Source of the DNA: Cyanobacteria bacterium auto_48_18
GTDB lineage: Bacteria; Cyanobacteriota; Vampirovibrionia; Obscuribacterales; Obscuribacteraceae
Assembly (NCBI GenBank): GCA_036170915.1
Contig: JAVHQC010000020.1
Coordinates: 114,130-178,129, forward strand
Direction of reading: 5' to 3'
Length of the DNA: 64,000 nt
Every line of letters starts with the position of its first letter. Within the stretch, counting starts at the first letter, position 1. Position numbers and translations under genes: made by a program. Positions 1 through 9,893 of the stretch are shown here, piece after piece. The notes below the pieces were generated by a model, which had not been told where the DNA came from, did no database searches, and saw only the letters and a program-made list of their open reading frames with translations.

Positions 1-622
1 TATGTCTTGGGTGGTCCAAATATTTTTCAACATAGACTTCATCACTACCGAAATAGCTTGCCCCTTCTCTCTGGGCTCCCGATAATGCTAGTTCTACATC
101 TTCTTCTTTGCGCACCACGCGCAAGCCTCTGCCACCACCACCGGCACTAGCCTTGATGGCAATCGGATAGCCATACTTTTTGCCCAGTGTGCGCACTTCT
201 TCAACGGTGGTTACAGGATCGGTTGTTCCCGGCACTACAGGAACGCCTGCCTTTTCCATTACTCGTCGTGATTCAATTTTCGAACCCATTTTGTGAATCA
301 CTTCAGGGCTCGGGCCTATGAATTTGACGCCAGCCTCACCGCACTGTCTAGCGAAGTCGGCATTTTCGGCAAGAAACCCATAACCGGGGTGAATTGCATC
401 AGCGCCGGCGCGCTTAGCAATATCAAGAATTTGCGTGCCATCCAAATAAACTTTGGCCGGTTGGCCTTCCAAACGCCACTGTTCTGTAGCCATCTTGACG
501 TGTTTACCATCTTTGTCGGGCTCAGAAAAAATTGCCACAGTTTCCAAACCTAATTCACGGCAGGCTTGAATCACCCTGACTGCAATTTCGCCACGGTTAG
601 CAATTAGAACCTTTTTGAACAT
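1..622 (-). CDS. accC: Biotin carboxylase subunit (acetyl-/acyl-CoA carboxylase), N-terminal part; runs off the window start
   Basis: Not in the ORF track. Manual minus-strand translation from ATG at 622 gives MFKKVLIANRGEIAVRVIQACRELG, followed by HPGYGFLAEN and IKASAGGGGRG motifs. It could belong to another biotin-dependent carboxylase. Confidence 0.9.
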   Translation of the reverse strand, partial: MFKKVLIANRGEIAVRVIQACRELGLETVAIFSEPDKDGKHVKMATEQWRLEGQPAKVYLDGTQILDIAKRAGADAIHPGYGFLAENADFARQCGEAGVKFIGPSPEVIHKMGSKIESRRVMEKAGVPVVPGTTDPVTTVEEVRTLGKKYGYPIAIKASAGGGGRGLRVVRKEEDVELALSGAQREGASYFGSDEVYVEKYLDHPRH

Positions 623-673
623 GGAAAAAAATCCTCGATGGTGTGTGGGTGAGGGTTCAGGCCTTCTCTTGAC

Positions 674-699
674 ACCTTGGATCGATATCGATCCAAGGT
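674..699. repeat. Palindromic repeat family, copy 1 (26 bp perfect)
   Basis: ACCTTGGATCGAT|ATCGATCCAAGGT, intergenic between divergent accC and hbd. Confidence 0.9.
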
Positions 700-988
700 T
701 GGCAGCTTTGATTGTGGTTCAGCCGCTTTGACTCCATTTAATCTTGAGCGGCAATTGATACTGCTACTGCATATTCTTCCATTGACTTTAACCTGGAGTT
801 AAACTCATTTATATAATTTGAGCAGATCTTATGATTTCCTCCTGATTACCTCGTTTGAAACCGTAATCGCGTTAACCTAGACAGTTGTCACAGTGTTGGG
901 TAAACCGGGTTGTGCACTATCTTGATGGTAGGATCTGAGAAGTTCGCCAGGATAACTGGTGAGATTGCGGGAAACTTCGAGGTTTGAG

Positions 989-1858
989 ATGGCAGGAGCC
1001 ACTACTTTTCCGACTGTCTTTGTAGCCGGCAGCGGATTCATGGGATCAGCTATCGCTTTTTTGGTTGCTTCAAAAACATCCGCTAGTGTGCAAATTTACG
1101 ACATTTCAGAGGCCCAGCTGGCTAAGGCTGAAGCTACTATTGATAAGTTCGGTAAATCATCCGTAGAGAAGGGTTTTCTTGATGCAGCTCAGTTCGCTGA
1201 TCTGAAGAAACGCATCCACACCACTCAGTCAGACAAACTTGCTGCTCATTGCGATATCGTCATAGAGGCTATTGCCGAGAATCTGGCAGTCAAAAAAGAT
1301 TTTTTCAAGCGCCTTGACAACATCTGCAAGAAAGAAACCATTTTTGCCTCAAATACATCTTCTTTGCCCATAACTACTCTGGCGGCTTCCACCAAACGCT
1401 CTAGGCAGTTTATCGGCATGCACTTCTTTTCGCCGGCGCACGTGATGAAGCTGGTGGAGTTGATTCCTGGTTATGACACCAGTGATGAAACTCTGGAAAA
1501 AGTGAAAAAATTTGGTGAAGAGTTGGGTAAGACGCTCATCTGTTCAAAAGACTTTCCTGGTTTTATTACTACCAGGCTTGGTTTGGTGCTTATTAACGAG
1601 GCAGCTTTTGCATTGATGGAAGGGCTTTCCACAGCCGAAGAAATCGATACGGGAATGAAGCTTGGTTACAATCACCCAATGGGTCCGTTGGCATTGGCTG
1701 ATTTCATTGGCCTTGATGTGTGTTTGCATATTCTGGAAACATTGCAGGAAGGTTTTGGGGATCCGAAATACAGACCCTGTCCTGTGATCAGGCAACTGGT
1801 GGCAGCCGGCCATTTGGGTAAAAAAAGTGGCAAGGGATTCTATGAGTACGGTGGTTAA
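989..1858 (+). CDS. hbd: 3-hydroxybutyryl-CoA / 3-hydroxyacyl-CoA dehydrogenase
   Basis: GSGFMG Rossmann motif, EAIAENL, ASNTSSL, GMHFFSP, HPMGPL, GKKSGKGFY. ATG 989 preferred over GTG 959 (GAGG upstream). Confidence 0.92.
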   Translation: MAGATTFPTVFVAGSGFMGSAIAFLVASKTSASVQIYDISEAQLAKAEATIDKFGKSSVEKGFLDAAQFADLKKRIHTTQSDKLAAHCDIVIEAIAENLAVKKDFFKRLDNICKKETIFASNTSSLPITTLAASTKRSRQFIGMHFFSPAHVMKLVELIPGYDTSDETLEKVKKFGEELGKTLICSKDFPGFITTRLGLVLINEAAFALMEGLSTAEEIDTGMKLGYNHPMGPLALADFIGLDVCLHILETLQEGFGDPKYRPCPVIRQLVAAGHLGKKSGKGFYEYGG

Positions 1859-1864
1859 CTAGAA

Positions 1865-3100
1865 ATGCTACTGAGTATTTTCCTGGTCACAACTTTGTCC
1901 ATTATGGTGCTCTATGGAGCCACCCTGATTTATTATGTGCTGCTCAAACCGATTGAAACGAGCAAGCGTAGCGATCGAGATTTGCCCTTTATTTCAGTGC
2001 TCGTGCCGGCTCGCAACGAAGAGGGAAAAATTCGGCGCTGTCTTGAATCTTTGCTCAAGCAGAATTATCCCAATTTTGAACTTATCGTCATTGATGATCG
2101 CTCGACTGATTCAACCGGCCAAATTATTCAGAGCATTGCCGAAAGTGATGACCGGGTCAAGTACGTTAAGGGCAAAGACGCCCCTTCCGGCTGGATCGGC
2201 AAATGCAATGCCCTGGCTCATGCCGTTGGTCATGCCTCTGGAGAGTTTTTCATCTTTACCGATGCTGATACTTATCACCACTCTAATTCTTTGAGAGATT
2301 CGGTCACTCACGCCATAGACAACAAAATTGATTTGATGTCCTTTGTACCGATGCAAGAATTAGGTAGCTTTTCTGAGCGGCTAATCATGCCGGTTTTACT
2401 CAGCTCGTTTTTAATTGGTGACCCTTTTCACGCCGTCAACAATCCAAAAAATACCCGCGCCTATGCTTATGGTCAATATATACTCTGTCGTCGCAGCAGC
2501 TATCTGGCAGCCGGTGGGCACCAGAGCGTGCGCGATGAAATTGTGGAAGACCACGCCATTGCCAGAGTGTTCAAAGAGAAAGGCTTTAAAATTGAGGTGG
2601 CCGACGGCAAGAGTCTTTACTCTGTGCGCATGTATACAGATCTTGAATCGTTGTGGATGGGCTGGACCAAAAATCTCTATTCATTTATAGAGAGCAAGTG
2701 GTTGAACCTAGTGATGATGATTATTTTGACGAACTGCATCGTCGTTTTGCCATGGATCTATCTTGGTTACGTCATTTCGCGCTATGTCTCGGGAGATATC
2801 GATCAAGTATTGTTCGGGCTTACAGCACTAGTCGCCGTTCAAATCGCTGTGTTGGCTCTGTGGCAGAAAAGAACGTCGTGCCACCATGCGGGACTGAAGT
2901 GGTATCACTTTTTCCTCACGCCATTTGGCTGCATGACTATGAGTGCCCTCTACCTGCATTCTGCATATCTAGTGCATACAGGCGGCCAGGTCAACTGGAA
3001 AGGTCGCCGTTACGTGGTCAACATGCACAAAACCATCGAGAATGAAGATGGTCAGGACAGTCGCTCCGCTCAATTGCTCAGTCGTGACCTGACAGAATAA
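1865..3100 (+). CDS. Membrane GT2 family glycosyltransferase (CrtQ/CruC/HpnB-like)
   Basis: SVLVPARNEE, DDRSTD, GWIGKCNAL, DAD and EDH motifs, N- and C-terminal TM helices, WKGR near the end. Confidence 0.85.
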   Translation: MLLSIFLVTTLSIMVLYGATLIYYVLLKPIETSKRSDRDLPFISVLVPARNEEGKIRRCLESLLKQNYPNFELIVIDDRSTDSTGQIIQSIAESDDRVKYVKGKDAPSGWIGKCNALAHAVGHASGEFFIFTDADTYHHSNSLRDSVTHAIDNKIDLMSFVPMQELGSFSERLIMPVLLSSFLIGDPFHAVNNPKNTRAYAYGQYILCRRSSYLAAGGHQSVRDEIVEDHAIARVFKEKGFKIEVADGKSLYSVRMYTDLESLWMGWTKNLYSFIESKWLNLVMMIILTNCIVVLPWIYLGYVISRYVSGDIDQVLFGLTALVAVQIAVLALWQKRTSCHHAGLKWYHFFLTPFGCMTMSALYLHSAYLVHTGGQVNWKGRRYVVNMHKTIENEDGQDSRSAQLLSRDLTE

Positions 3101-3105
3101 AGAAA

Positions 3106-3333
3106 ATGTCGATTACCCAGGACAATAAAACTCCCACCACCGCTGAGTTGCAGAAGTTTATTCGCGCCGAAACCGTGCTTGAGTTTCTTTCCCTTGACGG
3201 CAAGGGCAGCAAGTACACTGGCTCATTGCGCTGGTTTGATGAAGAGGCTTTTCACATCAAGCAAGAAGACGGATCTGAAATCACTCTTCTACGCTCGGCC
3301 ATTCTTGGATATCGCGCCAGAAAGACCAAATAG
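3106..3333 (+). CDS. hfq: Cyanobacterial-type Hfq-like Sm-fold protein
   Basis: 75 aa. Pattern P-x4-Q-x2-I...G-x-LRW-x-D...LLRSAI resembles cyanobacterial Hfq (recalled, not searched). Confidence 0.7.
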   Translation: MSITQDNKTPTTAELQKFIRAETVLEFLSLDGKGSKYTGSLRWFDEEAFHIKQEDGSEITLLRSAILGYRARKTK

Positions 3334-3435
3334 TGCTAAACTAGGGCCCTGTGCGATTATATCGGCGTTTATATTGGCAGTATTGTAAAACGATATCTAC
3401 TAAGTGATCTTTAGTAAGTAATATTTGGAGTAACA

Positions 3436-4467
3436 GTGGTCTGGTTCAAGAGTTTCTTCTGGCACGGCATAGGCATTGACCTGGGCACGGCAAACACACT
3501 CATTTATGTGCCCGATAAAGGTGTTGTTCTGCGCGAACCATCAGTTGTCGCCATTGACGAAAATACCAATATGGTGCGCTGGGTAGGCGAAGAAGCCCGA
3601 GCAATGATTGGTCGCACGCCGCAGGGTATTCGCGCTGTCAGACCCTTGCAGAACGGGGTGATTGCCGATCTCGAATTCGCCAAGATTATGCTCAAAAAAT
3701 TTGTGGAGCGTGTTGCTGGTGCTGGTGGTATTAAAAACCCTGATATGGCTATCGGTGTGCCATCTGGCGTGACGTCTGTAGAACGTATTGCCATCAAATC
3801 TGCCGCTGAAAATGCCAGGGCCAATCTTATTTACCTTCCAGAAGAACCAATGGCCGCTGCAATTGGTGCTTCACTGCCGGTGGTGGAACCGACAGGATCT
3901 ATGATCGTCGATATTGGTGGTGGCACAACTGAAGTGGCGGTCATAAGCCTTTCTGGAATTGTTGTCAATGAATCAATTCGCATCGCCGGTGATGAACTGA
4001 GCGAGTCAATTGTTTTTTATCTGAAGAAAGTGCATAGCCTGGCTATTGGCGAGCGCACCGCTGAAGAAATCAAATTCCGTGTCGGCTCTGCTTTTAAGAC
4101 AGCGGATAACGATAAAATTGACGTGCGTGGTCTCAGTCTTTTGAACGGTATGCCTCGTACTATCACTATTAGCCGCGGTGAAGTGCGTGAGGCCATGCGA
4201 GAGCCTCTCTGGGCCATAGTTGAGGCAGTTAAGCGCACTTTGGAGCGCACCCCTCCGGAGTTAGCGGCAGACATTTTCAATCGTGGCATTGTCCTCACCG
4301 GTGGTGGCGCACTTTTGCAAGGATTGGACGAATTAATTTCTAGCGAAACCGAAGTACCTGTTTTTGTTGCTGATGACCCGCTTTCATCGGTGGCCATAGG
4401 CACCGGCAAAATGCTTACAGATCCAAGTTATAGACGCGTTCTTGAACAGTGCATGTTTCATAAGTAG
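3436..4467 (+). CDS. mreB: Rod shape-determining protein MreB
   Basis: GIDLGTANT, EPSVVA, EEPMAAAIG, DIGGGTTEVA, LTGGGALL; GGAG RBS before GTG. Confidence 0.97.
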   Translation: MVWFKSFFWHGIGIDLGTANTLIYVPDKGVVLREPSVVAIDENTNMVRWVGEEARAMIGRTPQGIRAVRPLQNGVIADLEFAKIMLKKFVERVAGAGGIKNPDMAIGVPSGVTSVERIAIKSAAENARANLIYLPEEPMAAAIGASLPVVEPTGSMIVDIGGGTTEVAVISLSGIVVNESIRIAGDELSESIVFYLKKVHSLAIGERTAEEIKFRVGSAFKTADNDKIDVRGLSLLNGMPRTITISRGEVREAMREPLWAIVEAVKRTLERTPPELAADIFNRGIVLTGGGALLQGLDELISSETEVPVFVADDPLSSVAIGTGKMLTDPSYRRVLEQCMFHK

Positions 4468-4486
4468 ATTTCACAAATAAAAAGGT

Positions 4487-5311
4487 TTGAGGAGAGTAAA
4501 TTTGGCTGGTAGAAACGAGTCTGACCTCGAGGCTCAATCTCAGTCGATTGCTGAGTATCTCTTCTTGATCATGCTGATTTTAATGGTAGCGGTGCCGGTA
4601 AGCGGTATGGCACTTTCGTCTTCCAGTTGGTTTTCATCGATTTATGCCAAAGGCGAGTATTCTTTCGTTTCCACCCGAAATCTGGCGGAACAATTACTCA
4701 ATGCGTCGTCGCGCATTCGCACTTTAGAGAGCAAGCTGGCTAAGAACGAATTAGAGCTGGCTAGACTCAAGCAGCAATCGCGCGACACCGACAGACTGCG
4801 CACTTTGCTCGGCCTCAGAACCCGCTCTGGGCGCGTCACTGTGGCGGCAGAAGTAGATGGTCGCAACCCGGACAACTGGTTCCAGCAGATTGTCATAGAC
4901 AAAGGCAAGTCTGACAAAATTACAGTTGGCTCTGCCGTAATTTCTATTGCCGGAGTTGTGGGTCAAGTTGTTAAAGTCGATGATCATGCCAGCGTTGTGC
5001 GCCTGGTTACCGATCCGGAACAGAAACTTGGCGTGCTGGTGCCAAGACTGGGACTGACAGGCATTCTGGTTGGCAATTATCAAAATTTGGCACGCATCGA
5101 TTATGTACCCAGCGGCACCAATGTAGATGTGGGCGACAAAGTTGTGACCCTCGGTAAAGCTGGCACTTTCCCCGATAATCATCCTGTGGGCACTGTGGCT
5201 GCGGTGCGGCGTGATGCTAATAACAGCGGCTCGATGCAGATCGACGTTAAACTTTCTGAAAACTGCTATGACATCAGTCAGGTGCTGGTGTTGCCTCCCC
5301 TGGAGCATTGA
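4487..5311 (+). CDS. mreC: Rod shape-determining protein MreC
   Basis: N-terminal TM, coiled coil, IDKG..D, GVVGQV, FP...PVG.V; follows mreB. Confidence 0.92.
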   Translation: MRRVNLAGRNESDLEAQSQSIAEYLFLIMLILMVAVPVSGMALSSSSWFSSIYAKGEYSFVSTRNLAEQLLNASSRIRTLESKLAKNELELARLKQQSRDTDRLRTLLGLRTRSGRVTVAAEVDGRNPDNWFQQIVIDKGKSDKITVGSAVISIAGVVGQVVKVDDHASVVRLVTDPEQKLGVLVPRLGLTGILVGNYQNLARIDYVPSGTNVDVGDKVVTLGKAGTFPDNHPVGTVAAVRRDANNSGSMQIDVKLSENCYDISQVLVLPPLEH

Positions 5312-5313
5312 TC

Positions 5314-5955
5314 ATGATTCTTGGATCGATGCGCAGCCGCAAGCGCCTGAGCGAAATTGGTCTGGCGGCTTTTCTTGTCATATTGGTCTGGTTGATTCAG
5401 CTGGCACTTTTAAGTAAATTTCGATTTGGCGATGTGCTCTGCAATTTGCCCCTCACCATGACCATTATTTGGGGAGTGACCTTCGGCTCACCCATGCCGA
5501 AACCGACAAACGACGAATTGCGCATGTCAAATCTGAGTACAGTTCTGGTGCGCCAACTTTTATCTGGTTCACCATCAGGAGCATTAATCGGAGCCTTTTT
5601 CGCCGCACTAAGCGCTTCAGTTATTCCGGTTTATCCGATTGCCTATCCCGTCATTGGCTGGATTGCCGGTTACTTTTCATTGAAAAACTTCAATCAGGCT
5701 GCCTTTCTTTGCATTCCTCTAGTGTTGCTTTTAACCTTTTTAGGCGAAACAATCATGGCTGTGCAATTATGTTTGATGCACGGTCGCGAATTTGTCTCTG
5801 CAGCAGGACGCCTGGTGGTGCCTGAGGAATTCAGTCATCTAGCTATGTTTATTGTGCCGGAGGCCCTGCTTAACGCTTTGATCGCGCCAGTGCTTTTTAT
5901 TCCCATGAGAGGCTGGTACGAATTTTTTCGCTGGCGGCAAATGTCTTCCGACTAA
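5314..5955 (+). CDS. mreD: Rod shape-determining protein MreD
   Basis: Polytopic hydrophobic protein between mreC and PBP2; call rests largely on synteny. Confidence 0.75.
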   Translation: MILGSMRSRKRLSEIGLAAFLVILVWLIQLALLSKFRFGDVLCNLPLTMTIIWGVTFGSPMPKPTNDELRMSNLSTVLVRQLLSGSPSGALIGAFFAALSASVIPVYPIAYPVIGWIAGYFSLKNFNQAAFLCIPLVLLLTFLGETIMAVQLCLMHGREFVSAAGRLVVPEEFSHLAMFIVPEALLNALIAPVLFIPMRGWYEFFRWRQMSSD

Positions 5956-5999
5956 TATTTTTCCGATTCATATTTTTCGATTATTGAGGACAGATTTTA

Positions 6000-7874
6000 G
6001 TGGTAATGAGCGGCGACCGAACTACATTTAATACCACTTCAACGCCGCAACGCGACCTGCGGCCGAAAGTTGTGATTTTGGCATTGATAGTGGTGCTGGC
6101 TATGGGAGCTCTTGTAGCGAGGCTCGTCTGGCTGCAAATTTTGCAGAACAATTATTACAAGAATCAAGCAGTGGAAAATTCCACTCGCGTAACTTTTCTA
6201 CGTGCACCACGTGGCAATATTTATGACCGCCACGGTAGTTTGCTGGCCACCAATAAGCAGTCATTGTCAATGATAGCAATTCCGGCCCAGCTCGATAACG
6301 TTAAAGATCTGGCCACCAGACTGAGTCGCGTTCTCAATGAACCATATCCTAAAGTTTTGCAGGAATTGCTTAAGGCTAAAGCTTCAGGTTCGGTTTTGCC
6401 GGTGGTAATTGATCACGACGTTGATATGAATATTGTCTCGCGATTTTTTGAGAACAAGCTTTTTTTGCCGGGTATCGACATCATGCCCGACATCAGCCGA
6501 AGCTATCCTAATGCTGAAGTAACCGCTCACGTGCTGGGTTACTGCGGATCAATCTCGCAGGCACAACTTTTGCACAAACCATCAAGAAAGATGGGAGATG
6601 TGGTTGGCCAGGATGGAGTTGAGAGACTTTATGACGATCAGCTACGCGGTATTGATGGTGAGCAAAGAGTACGAGTGAACGCCATGGGCAATTCGCTTTC
6701 TGCCGCTACTTCTCATCCGCAAATTACTAAAGAGCCTGTGGCAGGAAAACCTTTGGTTCTCTCCATTGACCTTGATTTGCAGAAGGCTGCATACGAGGCT
6801 CTGGGGCCGCGTTCAGGAGCAATTGTAGCCATTGATCCACAGAATGGCGAAGTGCTCGCTATGGTTTCTCGGCCGAGTTATGACCCTAATGTCTTTACTA
6901 AAAGAATTACACCGGCCGTCTGGAAGCGCATTAATGCTCCGGACCATCCGCTTTTTAATCGCGCCCTTTCTGGCTATCCGCCAGGTTCAATCTGGAAAGC
7001 GATTACTTTATTAGCAGCGCTGCAATGTGGTGCTGTTAAACCTGATACCAAGCTTCATGTTTCTGGCGGCATTTCTCTAGGTGGTTTCTTCTTTGGCGAC
7101 TGGACCAGCACCACCGGTCTGTTTGACCTGGTCAAATGTCTGGCCTGGTCACGAGATTCGGCATTTTATCAAATGGCTCTCAAGATGAAGCCTGAGCAAA
7201 TTAAAGAGTGGGCAGTAAAATTCGGTGCCGGTCGTCCCACAGGTCTCGAGTTGCGTCATGAAGGGAAAGGTCTGGTACCGGACTCGGCCTGGAAAGAGCG
7301 TGTCTATCACGAAAAGTGGTATCCGGGAAATACTCTGCACATGTCGATTGGACAAACTTACGTGCAAGTTACTCCGGCTCAAGCTGCCAGAATTTTTGGC
7401 GGCCTTGGTATGAAAGGAAAAATACCAAACTTGCATTTAGTGATGAAAATTGCTGACAGGCAGATTCCTGCACCTAAATGCGAAATGGTTAAGACCAATC
7501 CAGTTTATTTGAAAGTGGTCCTCGATGGACTTAAAGCTGTGGTCGCCAGTGGCACCGGCGGCGCCACCAGGTTGGGTGACGTTGCTGTCGCTGGAAAGAC
7601 CGGATCTGCTGAGGCACCACCCGCCGGAAGTAAGACGCACGCATGGTTTGCTTGCTATGCGCCGGCGGATAAGCCGCGTATTGCTGTTGCCTGTTTTGTC
7701 GAGCATGGTGGCCACGGCGGGAGTACCTGTGCTCCGTTGGCTAAAGTTGTTCTCGAAAAGTTCTTTGCTGTATCTAAACCAGTAGCGGACGATAAAGAAA
7801 AACCGCCAGAGCCTCCTGCTAAGACCAAAACCACAAAAAATAAGAATGGCAAAAAGAGATCAGCTGTTCGCTAG
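6000..7874 (+). CDS. mrdA: Penicillin-binding protein 2 (class B)
   Basis: APRGNIYDR, PPGSIWK (SxxK), SRD (SxN variant), GKTGSAE; follows mreBCD. Confidence 0.95.
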   Translation: MVMSGDRTTFNTTSTPQRDLRPKVVILALIVVLAMGALVARLVWLQILQNNYYKNQAVENSTRVTFLRAPRGNIYDRHGSLLATNKQSLSMIAIPAQLDNVKDLATRLSRVLNEPYPKVLQELLKAKASGSVLPVVIDHDVDMNIVSRFFENKLFLPGIDIMPDISRSYPNAEVTAHVLGYCGSISQAQLLHKPSRKMGDVVGQDGVERLYDDQLRGIDGEQRVRVNAMGNSLSAATSHPQITKEPVAGKPLVLSIDLDLQKAAYEALGPRSGAIVAIDPQNGEVLAMVSRPSYDPNVFTKRITPAVWKRINAPDHPLFNRALSGYPPGSIWKAITLLAALQCGAVKPDTKLHVSGGISLGGFFFGDWTSTTGLFDLVKCLAWSRDSAFYQMALKMKPEQIKEWAVKFGAGRPTGLELRHEGKGLVPDSAWKERVYHEKWYPGNTLHMSIGQTYVQVTPAQAARIFGGLGMKGKIPNLHLVMKIADRQIPAPKCEMVKTNPVYLKVVLDGLKAVVASGTGGATRLGDVAVAGKTGSAEAPPAGSKTHAWFACYAPADKPRIAVACFVEHGGHGGSTCAPLAKVVLEKFFAVSKPVADDKEKPPEPPAKTKTTKNKNGKKRSAVR

Positions 7875-8016
7875 GTGTTTTTTTAGAGGCAGCTTCAATA
7901 TGCACCGTATATAGAGTCGTTCGTTGTCTAAAAAAAGTGGACAACGGCGCCAATTCTGGCCATAATAGGCCACGCACATAGCCATTTTATTTGTCCGCCA
8001 AGCGAGGGATTTCGAT

Positions 8017-8733
8017 ATGACCAGTCAACCACTGCTTTCAGAAACCATCGCCAATACTATCGATCCTTCGGTTGTCGAGTCACAAATTACTTCAAGCACT
8101 ACGCGTGAAACTGAGTCGCTTGAAACATCTACCGCTGAGCGGGTTTCCACTGAAGATGTTGATCTCGACTCCTTCAACGCCGAACCGGAAGACGAAAGTG
8201 TCAGCAAGAATGAGATAACCGCAGTAAAAAATCTTGTTACTGGAGATGATCGAGTCTCTAAAAAAGATCTGGTGCAGTTGCTAGAAGGCTTTGTCAGCAT
8301 TCTTAAAACTGACGCGCAAAGCGAACTGGTACCGTATTCGCAGAATCAGCAACGTACGGAAGTTCATGTCAACGACCGCACAGTCGAAGTCGATTCACTG
8401 CGTAATCTGGTCATTGAAGCCCAAGATACTATTATTAAGCTGTTGACTGACCGTGTCGAAGATCGCGCTCGCATAGCTGGTTTGGAGACACAGTTAAGCA
8501 TTCTCCCTGACCTGCAGGCGCAAGCTGATAGAGCGATGATGGTTGCTGTTAGAACCGAAGATTACCGCGCTGAGCTAACTAAAGTAAAGTTTGAATTAGA
8601 CCGTTTTCGCTTATTTAGAGTGCGCAGTGAAGTCGAGAAGAGAAAAGGCACTGTTTGGACGAAAATTCAGCGCTGGCTTTTACGTCGTCCGCATGTCACA
8701 GAAGACGATGCGGTAAAGCCGGTAAAGCCATAG
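8017..8733 (+). CDS. Hypothetical coiled-coil protein, acidic N-terminus, amphipathic basic C-terminal helix
   Basis: 238-aa ORF with GAGGG RBS; heptad-like central region. Confidence 0.75.
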   Translation: MTSQPLLSETIANTIDPSVVESQITSSTTRETESLETSTAERVSTEDVDLDSFNAEPEDESVSKNEITAVKNLVTGDDRVSKKDLVQLLEGFVSILKTDAQSELVPYSQNQQRTEVHVNDRTVEVDSLRNLVIEAQDTIIKLLTDRVEDRARIAGLETQLSILPDLQAQADRAMMVAVRTEDYRAELTKVKFELDRFRLFRVRSEVEKRKGTVWTKIQRWLLRRPHVTEDDAVKPVKP

Positions 8734-8790
8734 TTTAGGCCAGGGGTTGGTTCTTGCTTGGTGGCGCTTCGCGGGCATGTGTATAAATTG

Positions 8791-8818
8791 AAACTTGGAT
8801 CGATATCGATCCAAGTTT
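8791..8818. repeat. Palindromic repeat family, copy 2 (28 bp perfect)
   Basis: AAACTTGGATCGAT|ATCGATCCAAGTTT, between convergent genes. Confidence 0.9.
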
Positions 8819-8860
8819 TGCCTTTATACCCCAAAATCAAATCTGACAGCCTACCCCAAA

Positions 8861-9751
8861 TTAGGGGCCGAAAATCGCACAGTCTTTCATTTTGCCACGG
8901 AGTCGCGCAATGCCAATTTCCGTTACTTTCGTATCTCGTAGCTCGAGATGTTCCAGTTGTGTGGCTTCGGACAGTGAATCCAGGCATTTGTCGGTGATTT
9001 GAGTACCATTGAGGAACAGCACTTTCAGGGCTGGCATATCTTTGACCTGAACCACGCTATCGTCACCCAGCGTTGTGTCATTTACGTACAGTGTACTTAG
9101 AGTCTTTAGTCCAATCAGTGATTTCATGGCAGCGGCTGAAAGCGCTGTATAGGAGAGATCTAGATCTTCAATGCTGGCAGATTGGGAAAGGGCCTCGACT
9201 CCGGCATCGGTAATGGTTGCTGGCAGGTGCAAGTTCTTTAGCTTCGGCAAAGCGGCTAGTGCTTTCATGCTGCTGTTGGTGATTTTCGTGCTTTTTAGAA
9301 TCAGGCTAGTGAGCGAGGTCACTCCCTGCAAAACAGGAAGCATCTGGTCATCCACTGAGCTACCTGTTAGCCAAAGAGTCTCAAGGCATGAACTTTCGTT
9401 TAAGTTGATGAAATCTTGAGTGGTCAAGTTCAGAAAATCAAGGCGCAGCTCATTCAATGCTGACAGCTTCATTATTGCTGCCAAAAATGAAGCAGAATAT
9501 TTGGAAGTGGAAAGATCCATGGAATGAATTTGGCCCAGGGCCGACGAGCTGCCTTCTGCCATTTTTGCGTCGACATCGTGCGCCAGAGCCAGTCCGATCA
9601 TTGATTCGGGCGGCAGGTTTAGTTTGACTTCACCGGCCGCCTGGCCTACCCAGGTGCGGTTGTGAGGAAAAACTTGCTTTGATAAGTAAAGGTTGCCCAG
9701 GGTGTGTTGGGCCGGAAAAGTCAAAATCTGCTCTTTTGTCGTCGCTACCAA
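8861..9751 (-). CDS. Leucine-rich repeat protein
   Basis: Repeated LxxLxLxxTxITDxx units (e.g. LKVLFLNGTQITD, LEHLELRDTKVTE); GGAG RBS before TTG. Confidence 0.88.
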   Translation of the reverse strand: MVATTKEQILTFPAQHTLGNLYLSKQVFPHNRTWVGQAAGEVKLNLPPESMIGLALAHDVDAKMAEGSSSALGQIHSMDLSTSKYSASFLAAIMKLSALNELRLDFLNLTTQDFINLNESSCLETLWLTGSSVDDQMLPVLQGVTSLTSLILKSTKITNSSMKALAALPKLKNLHLPATITDAGVEALSQSASIEDLDLSYTALSAAAMKSLIGLKTLSTLYVNDTTLGDDSVVQVKDMPALKVLFLNGTQITDKCLDSLSEATQLEHLELRDTKVTEIGIARLRGKMKDCAIFGP

Positions 9752-9893
9752 GATAAATTCTCCAGTGGATTTATGGGAGAAACCGGGGGAGCCATATTGT
9801 AAGGCTTAACCGCTCTGACCTATAGTGGTTGTGTGGTCAAGTGTTACGGCTGCGCATAGAATCAGTCAAAGCAAAAAAGAGAAAGATACAAGA

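Noticed and set aside
293..553. Short ORFs 293-553 (+) and 316-510 (-)
   Set aside because: Shadows of the biotin carboxylase frame, which the track missed because it runs off the window.
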